Positions 1-13,600 of a stretch of DNA of 64,000 nt are shown here, in pieces. Source of the stretch: Paraspadella gotoi (Eukaryota; Animalia; Chaetognatha); contig CM119269.1 in NCBI GenBank assembly GCA_051294375.1, positions 3,584,690 to 3,648,689 of the forward strand. Direction: 5' to 3'. A program made the position numbers and the translations under genes. The notes under the pieces are model-generated. The model worked only from the letters and a program-made list of their open reading frames with translations, was not told the origin of the DNA and searched no databases. The first letter of the stretch is position 1, and each line of letters opens with the position of its first letter.

Positions 1-1449
1 AAATGTACTGTGCTACAGTGTCCCAGAACCATCCTGTCTCGACGTTTCGGCGTGGACCGACCGTCGAATTCTGTGCAGGACTCTAGCGAAATACCGTCTT
101 CGAACACGACTCAGCAGTGGATCTTCGGTCTTCATGCAGATAGACGTAGATATCCCTCGTTCTGACTAAGCAGAGATTCGAACGGCGTCGGAAGTTTCGC
201 TAAGAGATATAGAGACGACTCCGTCGTACGGCTTCAAGACATCGATACTTTGAGGCGAGCGACAGCTGCAAACCGCCGCATCAGCAGCAGCAGCGTTGCA
301 GCACTACAGTTGCCGACAGACGATTGCATGACGAAGTTGGAAGTTCTGGAGTGATAGGGAGACAGAGATGGCGGCTAGGTTTATCTATTGGAATAAATGC
401 AGGGATTTCTGATATTGTAAACGTTGTGCGTCATGAAGAGAAGATGTCTGAAGACTTAAGTCCTGAATGTTTATCGCGATTTGAGAAAGTTTTGAATTAA
501 TATCTTTAAAACAAGCGAGGGGAAATGTACTTTCCTTCATTTTTCAGAGAATTTTCAAACATCCTCATGTTTACTATAAATTGGCAAAAAGGGAAAGTTT
601 ACTAAACCGTTAAAATTGCAGGGTAGTGGATTGCTATATGTTTCTTCCGGTTACACTCGTATGCCATCTATTCAGAGATTTCGGCGAATTCTGAAATCTC
701 TTGTTGATCTGAAGACTTCTGTCCCTATGCTATGACAAATGCGACCGGGGTTGGAACAAGACACCAGGGGCTACAGAGAAGCGGGTCTCAAAGTTTGAAC
801 AGGTAGGAACCTTAAGAATATGTTATTAATTTATGCATGTTATATATCGATGTTTGAACATGTGGCAGATACTTGGGATTTTAAGCTCGCGTGGGAGTGG
901 AAGGGGATCCGCGGGTCGGTTTAGGGAACGCAGTAGCACCAATGCCTTGAGGTTCGGTTGCTTCTTATTTCAGAATGATTACGATGGACAGAGCCGACGT
1001 CGACGTAATGAGCGGATTAAGTCGAAGAAAGAAGACTAAGTTTCCAAGCTAATTGGGCGGGCGGCGTCAAAGAGAGAGCGAGGAGATGGCGTTAGGACAA
1101 GTTTCTTGAGAGTAACAACCAAGAGCAGAAGAATTTTATTTTAGTCGGAATCTGCTTATTCCAGGGGTAGATATTTCCCGACTTAATAATCACTTTTTTA
1201 TTATAATAATAAATAACTCAACTATTTTTCGGTCCGGATCGGTCCGCCGGCCTCAAATAATTGTCGGCAACGCACTATATCATGTCAGAACACGAATTAG
1301 ATAAATTATGCAAAAAATAAAAATGATGTCCGTCCGTCCGTCGTCATGTCCGGCCGCTTGTCCGTTTTGTAATAATCCGTCCGGTGTCGAAAGGGAAGAA
1401 TTAAGGCCGGGACTGCTTTTTGCGGTGAGTAGAGGCTTCGCGTGAAGTT

Positions 1450-2480
1450 GATTGTGGCTTACCGTCCGAACTTAGGATGAGGGCGGTTCTCGTATCGTAG
1501 AAAAAAGGGAGTTATGGTATTAAAAAGCGCGTCGTATTAATAATAGTTTATGAAGAGAGGAACCGACAAGGACTCCAAAATCCGGACTTTGGGGTAGAAA
1601 GTTGAGTGGAGTTGGGGACTTGCGGATGGCTTCAAGGTGATAAGGGGAGAATTGGATGAGCCATTTGTTAGCATTTAAAAGAATGGAATCTACATTTTGT
1701 GTGTGGGGTGAAACCATGTATAACAGGGACTTATTTAGGTCAACCAACATAATACGCAGTGTTGGGAGTTTGGACCGAGCTATATCGAGGTGACAAATTT
1801 TAAAAAGGCTCCATGATTTTAACTTTAAGCTAATATATATTCAAAACTGAAATATTTATCTGCAGATAAGTTATTTCTACGATAGTATTTCTTCGGCTTT
1901 TTCTTTGATAAGTGGACCCACCGTGGAGCTGCGGTTAGTGGGGCATGGTGCGGGGGGCAGGTTATGTAAAACCGTCCGGGTTTCAGAGCCTAGTCGCATC
2001 GCAGGAGAGAGGGGGGAGGGGTAGAATCAACTGCCTGTCGAAATCCGGGTTAGCTTCTTGTATACAAGTAGATGGCGTTCGTGAGAACGTTTTCCCTTGT
2101 ATTATAATGGTTTTTCATTGTGATCGATTTCTGGAGACAAAGCAGCATTGGATTTGCTGAACCGGTGTGGGAAACTGCTGATGTTAACACACATCGTATT
2201 TTGAGAGACCCAGTACGAAGTTTTCAGTGGTGTGGGTGCCATGCAAGTATTGCTCGGATTTAAATGATGGTGCGGATAATAATGGGAGACGGGCTAAAAA
2301 AAGTTAGGAGATCAGTGCCGTTTATAATAAGTTATCACGGGGCTAGAGGTGAGTTTAAATGGAAGAAAAAAAAAAGAAAAATATATTACAAGATATTTGG
2401 AAACACACAAGAAATCATGCTTACGCATGGATGGCATGGGCTTTATGTTGAGAACAGGTTAATGAAATTTGGTTGTGGGT
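1450..2480 (-). mobile_element. Possible heavily degraded L1/Tx1-like LINE reverse transcriptase remnant
   Basis: Minus-strand fragments occur in RT order across broken frames: ISLTCS..K (~2450), GFRQ..(PLSP-like)..ALKP (~2050-1975) and KVRIL(G)V (~1590). No intact ORF; the region looks noisy. Confidence 0.3.
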
Positions 2481-3159
2481 AGGAAAGGGTGTGATTACAG
2501 TGTACCAATTCTGCTTGAAAGGATTTTTTGGACCTTTCTTACTATTTTCGAAGTGTAGTATCGTAAGAAAGTTTGTGCCTTAATTTAGGTTGTAAAGTAT
2601 GTTATTGTCATGATAATGCTTTAAGTATTCCCAGCCAAGCTGGAGCGGGGCGGGGATGAAAGAATATTGAAGTTGGTTTGGAAAATGGAGTGTTGCAATG
2701 GAGGACAAAGACAATCATTTACAAAACAAAAAAAGAACGATTGCAAGAAGAACTCTGGAAGGTTTTGAAGTTGTTTGTGGTATAGGCTTATAATAAATAT
2801 AATTAATTTAACTATTTATGAAGTTTTTAAAAAACTTGTAGACCTAAATTTGAATTTTGGAGTACTTGATGTATTAATATAAGGTTCGCTATATCTTTTA
2901 TTATCTTTTTTTTTTTTATTTTTTCTTATTTCGCTTTACTTAAAAAAAAAATAGATATTTTTTTTTTTCATTTATTTTTTTTTTTAACAATATTTAATTT
3001 ATCGCCAGAATTTTAATAACATATCAAATAAATCCAATTTTAACCAAAATTCATTTCGATAAATTTTCTCCATCAGTTATAACCACAGTGGCATATTAAT
3101 CGTACAAAAACTTGTAAACAAACAAAAACTAAAAAAAAACTGTTTGGATAACAATTCAA

Positions 3160-3700
3160 GAAAACTATATCCTCAACCTGTCCGCCAACTCTGATCACTG
3201 CGCCAATCGCTACTCCGCCAACTCTGATCACTACGCCATTCTCAACTCCGCCAACTCCGCCAACAACTTGGCCGCCAAAGGCCGCGACCATGAATGGTCA
3301 ATTCGTCACCCCCCGCGCGAACGGCGCCATTTCTTACCACCACCTCTCTAACCTCCCACAATCCACGCATTACCACTCTATCAACCACGCCCACTCTCCC
3401 GCACCCACCCTCGGAACTCTCAGCGCCAAATCCGTCGTCGACGCGGATCGACGCGCCCACTTCCGGTCTCTGCCGAAACCGTCGACGACGCAGTTGTCGT
3501 CGTCATCACTGACGTCGTCCCCGTCGACGCAGCGAATGACGGCGTCGGGAAGCGTACAGAGTCTGACGCCGTCGACGCTGCCGCAGAGAATCACGTCGGC
3601 GACGTCGCAAACGCAGCATCAGCAGCAGCAGCCGTTGCAGCAATCGTCGAGACCATCGAAGTTGAAGCTGTATAGAGACGCAGGAGCCGCCGGACGGTTT
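3160..3700 (+). CDS. Probable Ser/Thr/Gln-rich internal exon of the neuron navigator gene (boundaries uncertain)
   Basis: GC-rich open frame (ORF 3290..3847, MNGQFVTPRANG...SSRPSKLKLYRD) upstream of clear NAV exons, with low-complexity S/T/Q composition typical of the NAV middle region. Splice sites not resolved. Confidence 0.45.
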
Positions 3701-4394
3701 AACAAATGGTTCCCTGCAGTTGCCCTCGTAACAGAGAGGATGAGACCATGTAACCTCCGCCTGACCCTGAGGACAGAGATAGATCCCCCACTCGTACGTG
3801 AGAGCTCTTCGATGACTCTCTCTCTGACTCTCGTCCTGACTATCTGAGAGAGAATGAATAGATGGAGTGGATGAGAGATGAGAGACGGAAGAGAGAGCGA
3901 GTGAATGAGAGGCGAGGGACGAAGGAGCGAGAGGGATATTACTATGGTTCGTCCGTTGTCTCTCACGTACCGTCTGCCTAGGTCAGACCTCGCTCACGAA
4001 CTGAGACAGGACGAGAGAGAAGAGAGAGAGAAAGAGAGACGAGAGAGAGATGAGAGAGAGAGAGAGACGCGAAATGATCACGGACGAAGCTTATAGGTTA
4101 AACCGACGTTTATTTTAAATGTCAGATAAAATGTCGAACCTCGTTGGTTTATTGTGAATCTTAGCCAGGAATCTTGTTAACATATCGAATATTATTTCTC
4201 ATGACTTAATATTTTTCTGAGCAATTCATATTTTTTTCACCCTTTCGTCGAAATTCTCACTTTTTTGAGTAAATTCCAAGATTTTTTTTTTGTTAAATCT
4301 CGACAAATACACAGAAGGGGAATTTCTCGCTAAGAAGAGGTATTTAGGCTAATACCCGGGCGGCTTCATTTTTAATGGAGAAGAAAAGGGTTAC

Positions 4395-4441
<47 letters not shown>

Positions 4442-4925
4442 CTTTCTAACCTTTTGTTTCCATCTTAGATGTGTCTGCCCTTAATTTACGATGGGCGGCG
4501 CCACTTCATATTTCTGTCGCATTTTTTCCATTTTTCATTTTCTTATTTCCGAGATCTTCTTTGGCATCGGGCTGCGCCGGCACTCGGCTGAGCCGGCACC
4601 GGGCTGCACCGGCATCGGCACACACCGGAACCGAATAATTCTTTATCTGTTTCTTTCTTTATTTTATCTTTGTAATTTTAATTTTTTCTTTTTTTATTAT
4701 TTTATATATTTTTTTTTCATTATTTTCGATTCAGGCTTCGCGGAAAAAATTGATTTTTTTAAAGTTAAAAAACAAAATAAAAAAATGAAAAAAAATATTT
4801 TCGCATAATTTCTGGTTTTAATTAGCCTCGTTTTTTTTTAGGCTAAAAAATTAATTAGCTTTTCTTAACGTAATTTTCTTATCAGAATTTCCATTTTTTT
4901 TCTCTCCTCCCCACAATTTCGACAG

Positions 4926-7900
4926 GCTCACGTGGTCGCGGCGTTCGAACAATCCCTCTCCAGCATGACCACTAGGCTGCAAGCGTTGACTCACTCCACG
5001 GAAAGAAAAGTGAGTTCATCGTTTAACTTTAAAGACTTTGAATTGTAACACGAACGTCGATCATAAATCATGAACGATTTCTTTAATTCGACTTTCAGGA
5101 TTCTGAATTGACGGCGCTCCACTCAACCATCGAGGCGTTGCGAAGTCACTCATCCGCCATCAAAGCCAACGCCATAGCCACTGGAGCATTGCAGCCGGTG
5201 AGAGGCAATGGGAATCCGATAATACGAATCTATTTGGTCATTTGGGATTTGCGATATTGTGAAAAAAAAATGGTTAAAACGTTTTGGATAGTTTTAAATT
5301 TAGATCTGGGAGCGGTGAAGTTTTCGATTGTCATTTACGTGGATTAATAGGATTAGTTAAAGGGATATAGGGCATTATATACATAAACATATACATATGA
5401 GATTTAATTAAGATTCGGTTTGAACAAAGAAACTTCAGGGTCGCCCCTAAACACTTAATCCATTTACTTTTAATGACTTAATGAATTTCCGACCAACTGT
5501 TCGCCTAGATTTCTACAAAAAAATTCTTTCGTATGAAAACTATCGTTGCTGTTTTGTTCAGGATTCTTTCGCGAGTGGAGACTTTCCGACGGTAGCGCCG
5601 CCTCCAGTCAATCAGACTCCATCGTCGGGTAGAAAAAATAGCAGCGGTTACGTGACTACGGGAGGATTCTCCGTCAGTCAGCCTACCTCTCGTGAGTTGT
5701 TTTGAATAGTGAGCACATAGTATAATATGTTATTATTTAATTACCTAAAAATATTTTTTTAAAAATTGCTTCTTCTTACCATCAGCCCTTCTCGGCGGCG
5801 ACCACCAAAACCACCATCACAACTCTGCCAACCCCCACGCTAGTCACTCTACTCACGGAACCCCGTCTCATGGCCCCTCTGGCCTCCATCCCCACCACCC
5901 ATCCGTGGCCCCCAGAGGTCTCTCGAGGCAGATGTCGACGGAATCCATGTCGTCGCTCAACTCGATGTCGTCTGCTTGTTCCGTCACGTCGCAACATTCC
6001 ACCGACACGGATTCCAACGTCGGAAAAGCAGGCGAGTTTAGTTGTGGGGCGGGAAGGGTAAGTCAGATACAGGTTATTTTAAAGTTTCGGGAGGTGAGTT
6101 GCAGTTGTAAGTCGGAGGGGAAGTTCAGATAATTTCGGTCGCAATTGTGAGGATCAAACGTTCGGTTCGGTTTTGCCACATTTTAGTAACTTGCTATTTT
6201 GTTCGTTTATTCGATGCTGATTAAACTTCATTGTATTTTATTTAAAATGATTCAATATGCGTACATACATTATATTGATTATCGCATTCTCGGTGTTATA
6301 TTCGTATTATGTATAGAATTATTCTTTCCGTCTCATTCGACCGACACAATTGACTATTTGCGATTTTCTCTTGTAGTTTTCTTCGTTTTAGTTTTGCGTT
6401 ATCCGTGTCCCCCCCCCAAAAAAAAACGCTCCCCATTGGCACATAAAATACTATTGCTCAAAAAAATGTTTATGAATTCCTCAAACATCACCCAGTTCGA
6501 CGAGTGCGTCACAAATAAATGTTCATCCTCAATTTTTCAGAACGAGGAAAACAGAAAAATATTTTTCAAAATTAATTATTCATCGACACGAATGGAATGA
6601 AAAAAAAATATCATCGACGCAAACATTTCATCGACAACGACATAAAAAAAACGTGTGATGAAAGGAAATGGCATAGGCATGAGAGGAAATGGCATAGGCA
6701 TGAAAGGAAATGGCATAGGCATGAAAGGAAATGGCATAGGCATGAAAGGAAACGGCATAGGCATAAAAGGAAATGGCATAGGCAGACTTTGATATTCGTT
6801 TTAATTTTCTATTTGAAAGGTTTTGCGATTTATTTTACCATTTCGCTTTCCTGTTTGTAGTACTAATACAGTAGAATTACAAAGTGAGCAATAAAGAAGA
6901 GAGAGCGTTTGACTTATTTAGCGAAGGAAAGAGCTTTCGCTCGGAAAACCGTCTGGCGATCTTTTTCTCTCTCTGGGAATTTTATTCCTCGAAACGAAGT
7001 CGATGGAATTTTTCGCATAACTAGTCGAAACCCGAGTTTAATTCATTAAATTTTATTCTATTTTATTTCACTAAACTATTTTTTTTTCGTTCTCCCGCTC
7101 CGCGTCGCTCCGCTGAACGCCGAGATTGCATCTTGCGGATTTAAAAAGATTAAAAAGTTACGACTCGGTTTCTGTTATGGTCACAGCGGTATTATATGAT
7201 AATCCTTTCTTTCAGCGGTTAATTTCGTTATTAAATGTATTGCAAAACTCGAATATCGATTCCGTTGAAAACGAAATTCACAAACCGAAGAATGAGTTTT
7301 GAAAAAATAGAAAACAAATTACGTTTTCGTTTTCTTTTCCCTTACTTTCTCACCCCCCCCCCACATTCACACACACTAAAAAGTTTCCATTTCCAGCTTT
7401 TTTTTTTCCATTTTCTATTTCGGTTTCAGTTTTTAACTTTTCAATGTTTTTTTTTTGTTTCCATTTTTTAGGCTCAAACGCAGGACTCAGCGCCAAAGAG
7501 AAGAAGGAGAAGAAGAAGAAGGGATGGTTGAGAAGTTCCTTCACCAAGGCCTTCACGCGAAAATCCAAAGGATCTCAAGGTTGGACGAGGTTTCATAGTA
7601 ATAATATTACTATTTGTATATATCTTTATTAGTTTTTATATCTATTTGTCGTTGAATCGATTCTTAATTAATTTCTCTCCAGGTTCATCCATCTCTTCTC
7701 CCGCCAAAACTCAGAATTACGTTCAGTCGGACGTCGAAGGTAAGTGAGAGCTAATTATTATCTGGCAGTTGATAAATACGACTGTGAGAGAGTGTTGATA
7801 GGAAAGCCTGCAGGAACTTGCTCTGTTATTCACTTGTAAGATAATTTTGTTTAAATAATTTCGCATTGGTTGTACCCATTTCATAATCATGAATCGTTTT

Positions 7901-9422
7901 AACTTGTCCTCTCCCCAGACAATTTCCTCACCAAAACGTCTCTCTTGTTTTTCCCTCAGGAGAAATTGTGATCTCACCGACTGCGACGACGACGGCGACG
8001 ACGACGACAGCGACGACGGCGTTAAATTTGCCGCCTCCTACCGTGACGTCACCCAACGCCACTTCCGGTCAAAACATGAGGGCGTCGCAATCGAGCAACG
8101 AGTAAGTTAGCTTCCGGCGTCATTCTAAATTTTGTTAAGTTGGTAAATAATTTTTTTAATATTTGTACTTTGGCCGAACACGTTAAGTTCTGCCAGGACG
8201 TCAGGTGTTTTTAATTATGTTCAGTTTTGTTTTATTTTTATTCTTTTATCTTATTTCGGAGAACCATTTTTTTAAAAGCGAGAGCCCTCTTAAATTTTGT
8301 TAATTATATATTTTTCAATTAATTAAAAACCAGCGTCAATTGAATTTTTTTATTCTCTAAACGAAATAGTTGATGCCATTCGCCTAAACTCGATGCTCTT
8401 TTTTTTTCTTTTCTTGTTGTTTGCGATGACGTCAATTCCTTTTTTTTTTCGGTCGTAGTAAAAAAAAGTCAAATTGTTTTCGACCTTCCATTATCTTCGT
8501 CCTCGACCCTCTTCGACTCCATAATGTTTTCCACCCTTTCGTCAACCACATCCCACTCGATCCCTCAAATAGACGCCCCACCTCTCCCTTAGCCTCACCC
8601 TTCGCTTCTCCCCTCTCCAAACCCCCGCTGAGTCGCGCCTCCCCTTCCTTTTCCCGCCTGCCCCTCGACCTGCCACGCCAATCCCCTTGTCCGCTCCCCT
8701 TCGACCCGCCCCGTCACTCCCCTTCGCCGCGGTCTCGCTCCAGTCCGCCCAGACCTCTCAGCTCCTTGAGCCACTCTAGCGGGGGTGGCGGGGCTTCCGC
8801 CCCTTCCACTCCTTCCACCCCCGGCGCCACCTCGCAAGCTTGGTGGTACATTGAAGAGTTAGTTGTGATTGTATGTTGCGGTCGCTTGTTGTTGTTGTCG
8901 TTGTTGTTGTCCGTGTTTACGAAAAACCCTGAAATTAACGATGTTTTTCCTTCCGTTTTCCTCGTAACGATTGAACTACAGAAAATAGAAAGATACTGAA
9001 TCGAAACGGAAATGTCTTTTTTTTCTTTCTCTCTCAATGTTTGTAAACAGACTAAACAGTTAACTGTGAAAAGTATTTTTTTGGTTTTTCATTTGTGTTA
9101 TATCTTTGTTAATCAGTGTGAAGAACATAGATGTAAATATGCGAATCAACTAATCGACGCCACTTGCGATTTTTTTTTATTTACGTTTTTATTTATTTAT
9201 TTTCCTCAGTTTGTACCGTGGACCACTGGTTATCAATCCCTTCTTTTTCGCATTAACCCCGGTTTCATAATACTGCCGCCAAACTGTTCAGTCAGTTGCT
9301 TTTTTTTTCGCGCGGAAATAATGCAAAAATTAGCCTAATTTTTTTTCCAAACTTCTTTTTCTGTTAAAAATAAACATCACATACGGTTTAGTAAAATTTT
9401 AGTTTCGAATCTTTTATACAAA

Positions 9423-9489
<67 letters not shown>

Positions 9490-10605
9490 CAAATATTACG
9501 TCTGTTTCTACTAGTGGGTGGTAATTCCGTTTCCATAACGACTTAATTTCCTCCTCAGCGTCCAACATTTAAACTCAATGTTTTAAAGGATTTTTCAGAA
9601 CGTTAAATACATGATTTCTGAGGATAGTCTTTTCAAATTTATAATTGAGTAGTAAAGTAAAAGTCTAGTAAAACATCCCAAATTTAAACTTAACTAGATT
9701 ATGTGTTTAACTGCGTTTTTTTCAAAAAAGATTAAAACTGTTTATTAAAAAAAAGTAAGAACAAACATGTTTATAAAGAGATTGTTTACTTCCCCTACAA
9801 CATTTTCCCTCAAGGAATCGTTTTTACTTAGCTTCTCCATTCAAGTTGTCAAAATTGTTAACAAATGATTTTTTTCAAAAAAAACCAAAAAATAAATTTT
9901 TATAAAAGCTCGCGGTAAAAATAACAAAATATTTTGGTATTTGAATCAACCTACCCTCTCTTTTCTCCTAAACCCTATTTTCACCCCTTCCTCTCAACCT
10001 GCCCCAACTTGCCCCAGGTTGTTCGACTCCCTCAACGGTCTCGCACCCGGCGAAACCCCCGAAGTGGCCGTCATCGAGTTGAAGAAGCAGCTGAGAGAAA
10101 AAGACATGAAACTCACCGACATTCGTCTCGAGGCACTTACCTCCGCGCATCAGGTACGCAGGCTTTTAAATTCATTTCAATTCTGTCCAGTTTGGTTTAT
10201 TACTTAAAACTGTAGATTATACCATTACAAATATTTCACGTTTTAGCGTTTCCTTATATATATCACAATCACTGAATCAGTCTATCACTATCAGTGACGC
10301 AAGGAAGCGGGTGATAAAGAAAGCCTCATGTCGTGACCTTCTACCCTCCTTTTCTCTTCCCTACCAACAGTTGGATCAAATGCGCGAGACTCTGATGAAG
10401 ATGAAGGACGAGATGGTCAACCTGAAGCAGGACAACGAGAGACTCCAACGCCTCGTCACCAACAAACCTCTCGCCGATTCCCAGTCCAGCCTCCCGTCCA
10501 ACAGCCAAAGATCCTCGGCCGGTGAGAGAGTTTTTTTTAACGTAGTTGTTGTTGTTGTTGTCGGTTCTGTTTGTTATGGTTTTCAATTAGCGCTCAGTTT
10601 GCTTA

Positions 10606-10672
<67 letters not shown>

Positions 10673-13600
10673 CTGCCACAGGGAGCCTGGACTCGTCTTC
10701 GGCGGCCAACTGGGACACCCTGTCGGCGGCGTTGGAGACTTCCCGCACTCACCTGCAGCTTGGATCTGCTGCTCAGCGATTTGGGAGGCGGCGACGGGAG
10801 GAGAGTCACCGTCTCCGTATATCTGGGTGAGGATATTTGGATCACATTGGGTCATGGGGTCACAGGGATTGAAGGAATCCTGACTGTAGCCGAAATAGAA
10901 AATGTAGAGGAGGGGCTCAGCATTATCCCTTTCTCCCCATGACCCTCATTCTCTGTTTTTCCTTCGTTTTTAAGGCAATCCGACGGAGATGTCGAAAGCC
11001 GGAAACCCGGCCGAAGGATCTCCGCCGGAAATCACCATCGGCTGCATGAGCGTTAGCGGGAAGACAAAGTGGGACCTGCTCGACAACATCGTCAAGCGAC
11101 TCTTCAAGGTAGGGTCCTCCTCAACAGCAATTTATATTTTGAGTTATTCATTAGTTTATCTTAGATTTAATTAAAAATTATGGGCGAATTATGAAGAACT
11201 ATAGTTGACCGTGATCTTCACCGATCGTTCCTTTCAGGAATACGTGATTCGCATCGATCCAGTGACGAATTTGGGTTTGAACGGAGACTCGGTTCACAGT
11301 TATCACATAGGAGAAATCACGCGATCGAAAGATTCCGAGGTCAGTTTTCCATTTTTTTTTTCGAGGGGCCGGTCTGTTTTCGCTATCTTTCTGTCTTGTA
11401 CATACCAGATTAAGTTCAATTTGACATCCTTAAATAAATAAATTTCCCCCCCCTTAAGGTTCCTGAACTTCTCCCATGCGGTTACCTGGTCGGAGATAAC
11501 ATGCATATCAAGATCTTCCTGCGAGGTGCGCCGCAAAACTCTGTGGACGCGTTGGCTTTTGAGACGCTGACGCCGCGCTCCATCCTCCAGCGCTACATCT
11601 CTCTGCTCATGGAGCATCGGAGGTGAGTGGGAAGGGGTAATCTGATTCACAAAGATATGTGAGACATGTAATTATAATGGTCAACGAACAACGTACGTAA
11701 AATTAAATAATAAAATTAACTTTTAAATATCATACGTACTTTTTAAATATAAAAGCGCTGATGAAGTCTTGTATAGCAGAGCCGAAACATGACCATTAAT
11801 TAAATTTGTCGTTGTTATAAAAAGATTTCGTCTTTTATCTTACATTCAATTTCCTAACACAACGAAAAGAAAGAAATTTCACAATATAAAATATAAAAAA
11901 GCACGTATTTTAAGATTGATTCTCCGTCGCAAATCCTAAATACTCACTGGGTTCATCTCTTCATCCCATCCCCTCTCATCACCAGGATCATCCTGTGCGG
12001 TCCGTCAGGAACGGGCAAGACTTACCTGGCGCAGAAGTTGGGCGAGTATCTAGTGCAGCGGTCGGGACGCGAGCTGAGGGAAGGATCCATCGTTAACTTT
12101 GACGTCGACAACAAATCTCCCAACGAGTTGAAGTCCTTTTTGCAGGTGAGTTTTTTAGTTTTATTACTTTATATTACATTAGATTACATTTACATTGTAC
12201 ATTCATGCGTTTGTCCGTCCGTTTATTTAATCGTTTATTTATTTATTTGTCCGTCCATTAACTATTGTTTTAATTTTTTTAAATAATTATTTGTTTATAA
12301 ATTCATTCATCTTCTTAATCATTCTATTAATTTTAATTCAGAACATCGCCGAACAATGCGAAGTCTCGTCGCCGACGAACCAAGATCTTCCTCAAGTAGT
12401 CATCCTCGACAATCTGCATCACGTGACGAGTCTTGGCGACGTCTTCAACGGTTTCCTCAGCTGCAAATACCACAAATGCCCTTACCTCATAGGTAAGTAC
12501 ATTCGCCGCAATTTCCATTCACTCAATCTTCGAAAATAGTCGCTGCAAGACCCTTTTTTTTCCCCGTTAAAGGCACGATGCAAGCATCCAACAGTTCGAC
12601 GACGAATCTTCAGCTGCACCACAATTTCCGATGGGTTTTGTGCGCGAACCACATGGAACCGGTCAAGGGATTCCTGGGCCGATTCCTGAGACGGAAGCTG
12701 GTCGAACACGAGGTCAGTCGTCGTAAATGAACCACTTTTAACTCACCGATGGAAAAAAAAACTTCTTACTTTCACATTTGAACCCCGAACCAGGTGAGCG
12801 TACGCGCCCGCGATCCCGATCTCGCGCGGGTCATCGAGTGGATCCCTAAAGTCTGGCAACATCTCAACAAATTCCTCGAGACTCACAACTCGGCCGACGT
12901 GACGATCGGTCCGCGACTCTTTCTCAACTGCCCCATAGACGTCGCGGGTGAGTTGTGCGAAGTGATGTTCTGTTATTTAGTAACTCAGTATTTCACTTGT
13001 AAAACAATATGAATTATTCGTTCGTTCGTTCGTTAAATAATTTTTAAAACTACTCTACCGTCTCCCTCTAGGTTCGCGAGTCTGGTTCACCGACCTGTGG
13101 AACTATTCTTTGGTGCCCTACCTGCTGGAAGCCGTTAGAGAGGGCCTCTCTCTTTACGGTCGACGAGCCAATTGGGAGGATCCCGCCTCCGTCATTTGCG
13201 AGACTTACCCTTGGCCGGCGGGGTCGAGAGGCGGGTCGCGCCCATCCTCGGACGGAGGTAGGGACAGAAAATCGTTCGTTCGTTCGTTCTTTCGTCGTTC
13301 GTTCGTTCGTTCGTTCGTTCGTTCGTTCGTTCGTTCGTTCGTTTGTTCGTTCGTTCGTTCGTTTCGTTAACAAAAGTATTAATTTCACGCGTTTATTAAT
13401 TGTTTTTAATCAATGATGAAACCGTTTAATAATTAATTATCTTATGCCTCCCCCCTCCTCGATTAGACGGCAACTCCTCTTCCTCGCTTAACTCCGTCTC
13501 GAAGGCCGACCTCCAACGCCTTCGTCCAGAAGACGTCGGCTTTGAAGTCTCCGGCGCCGCCCCCTCCTCCTCCACCTCCTCATCGACGACGACGACGATC

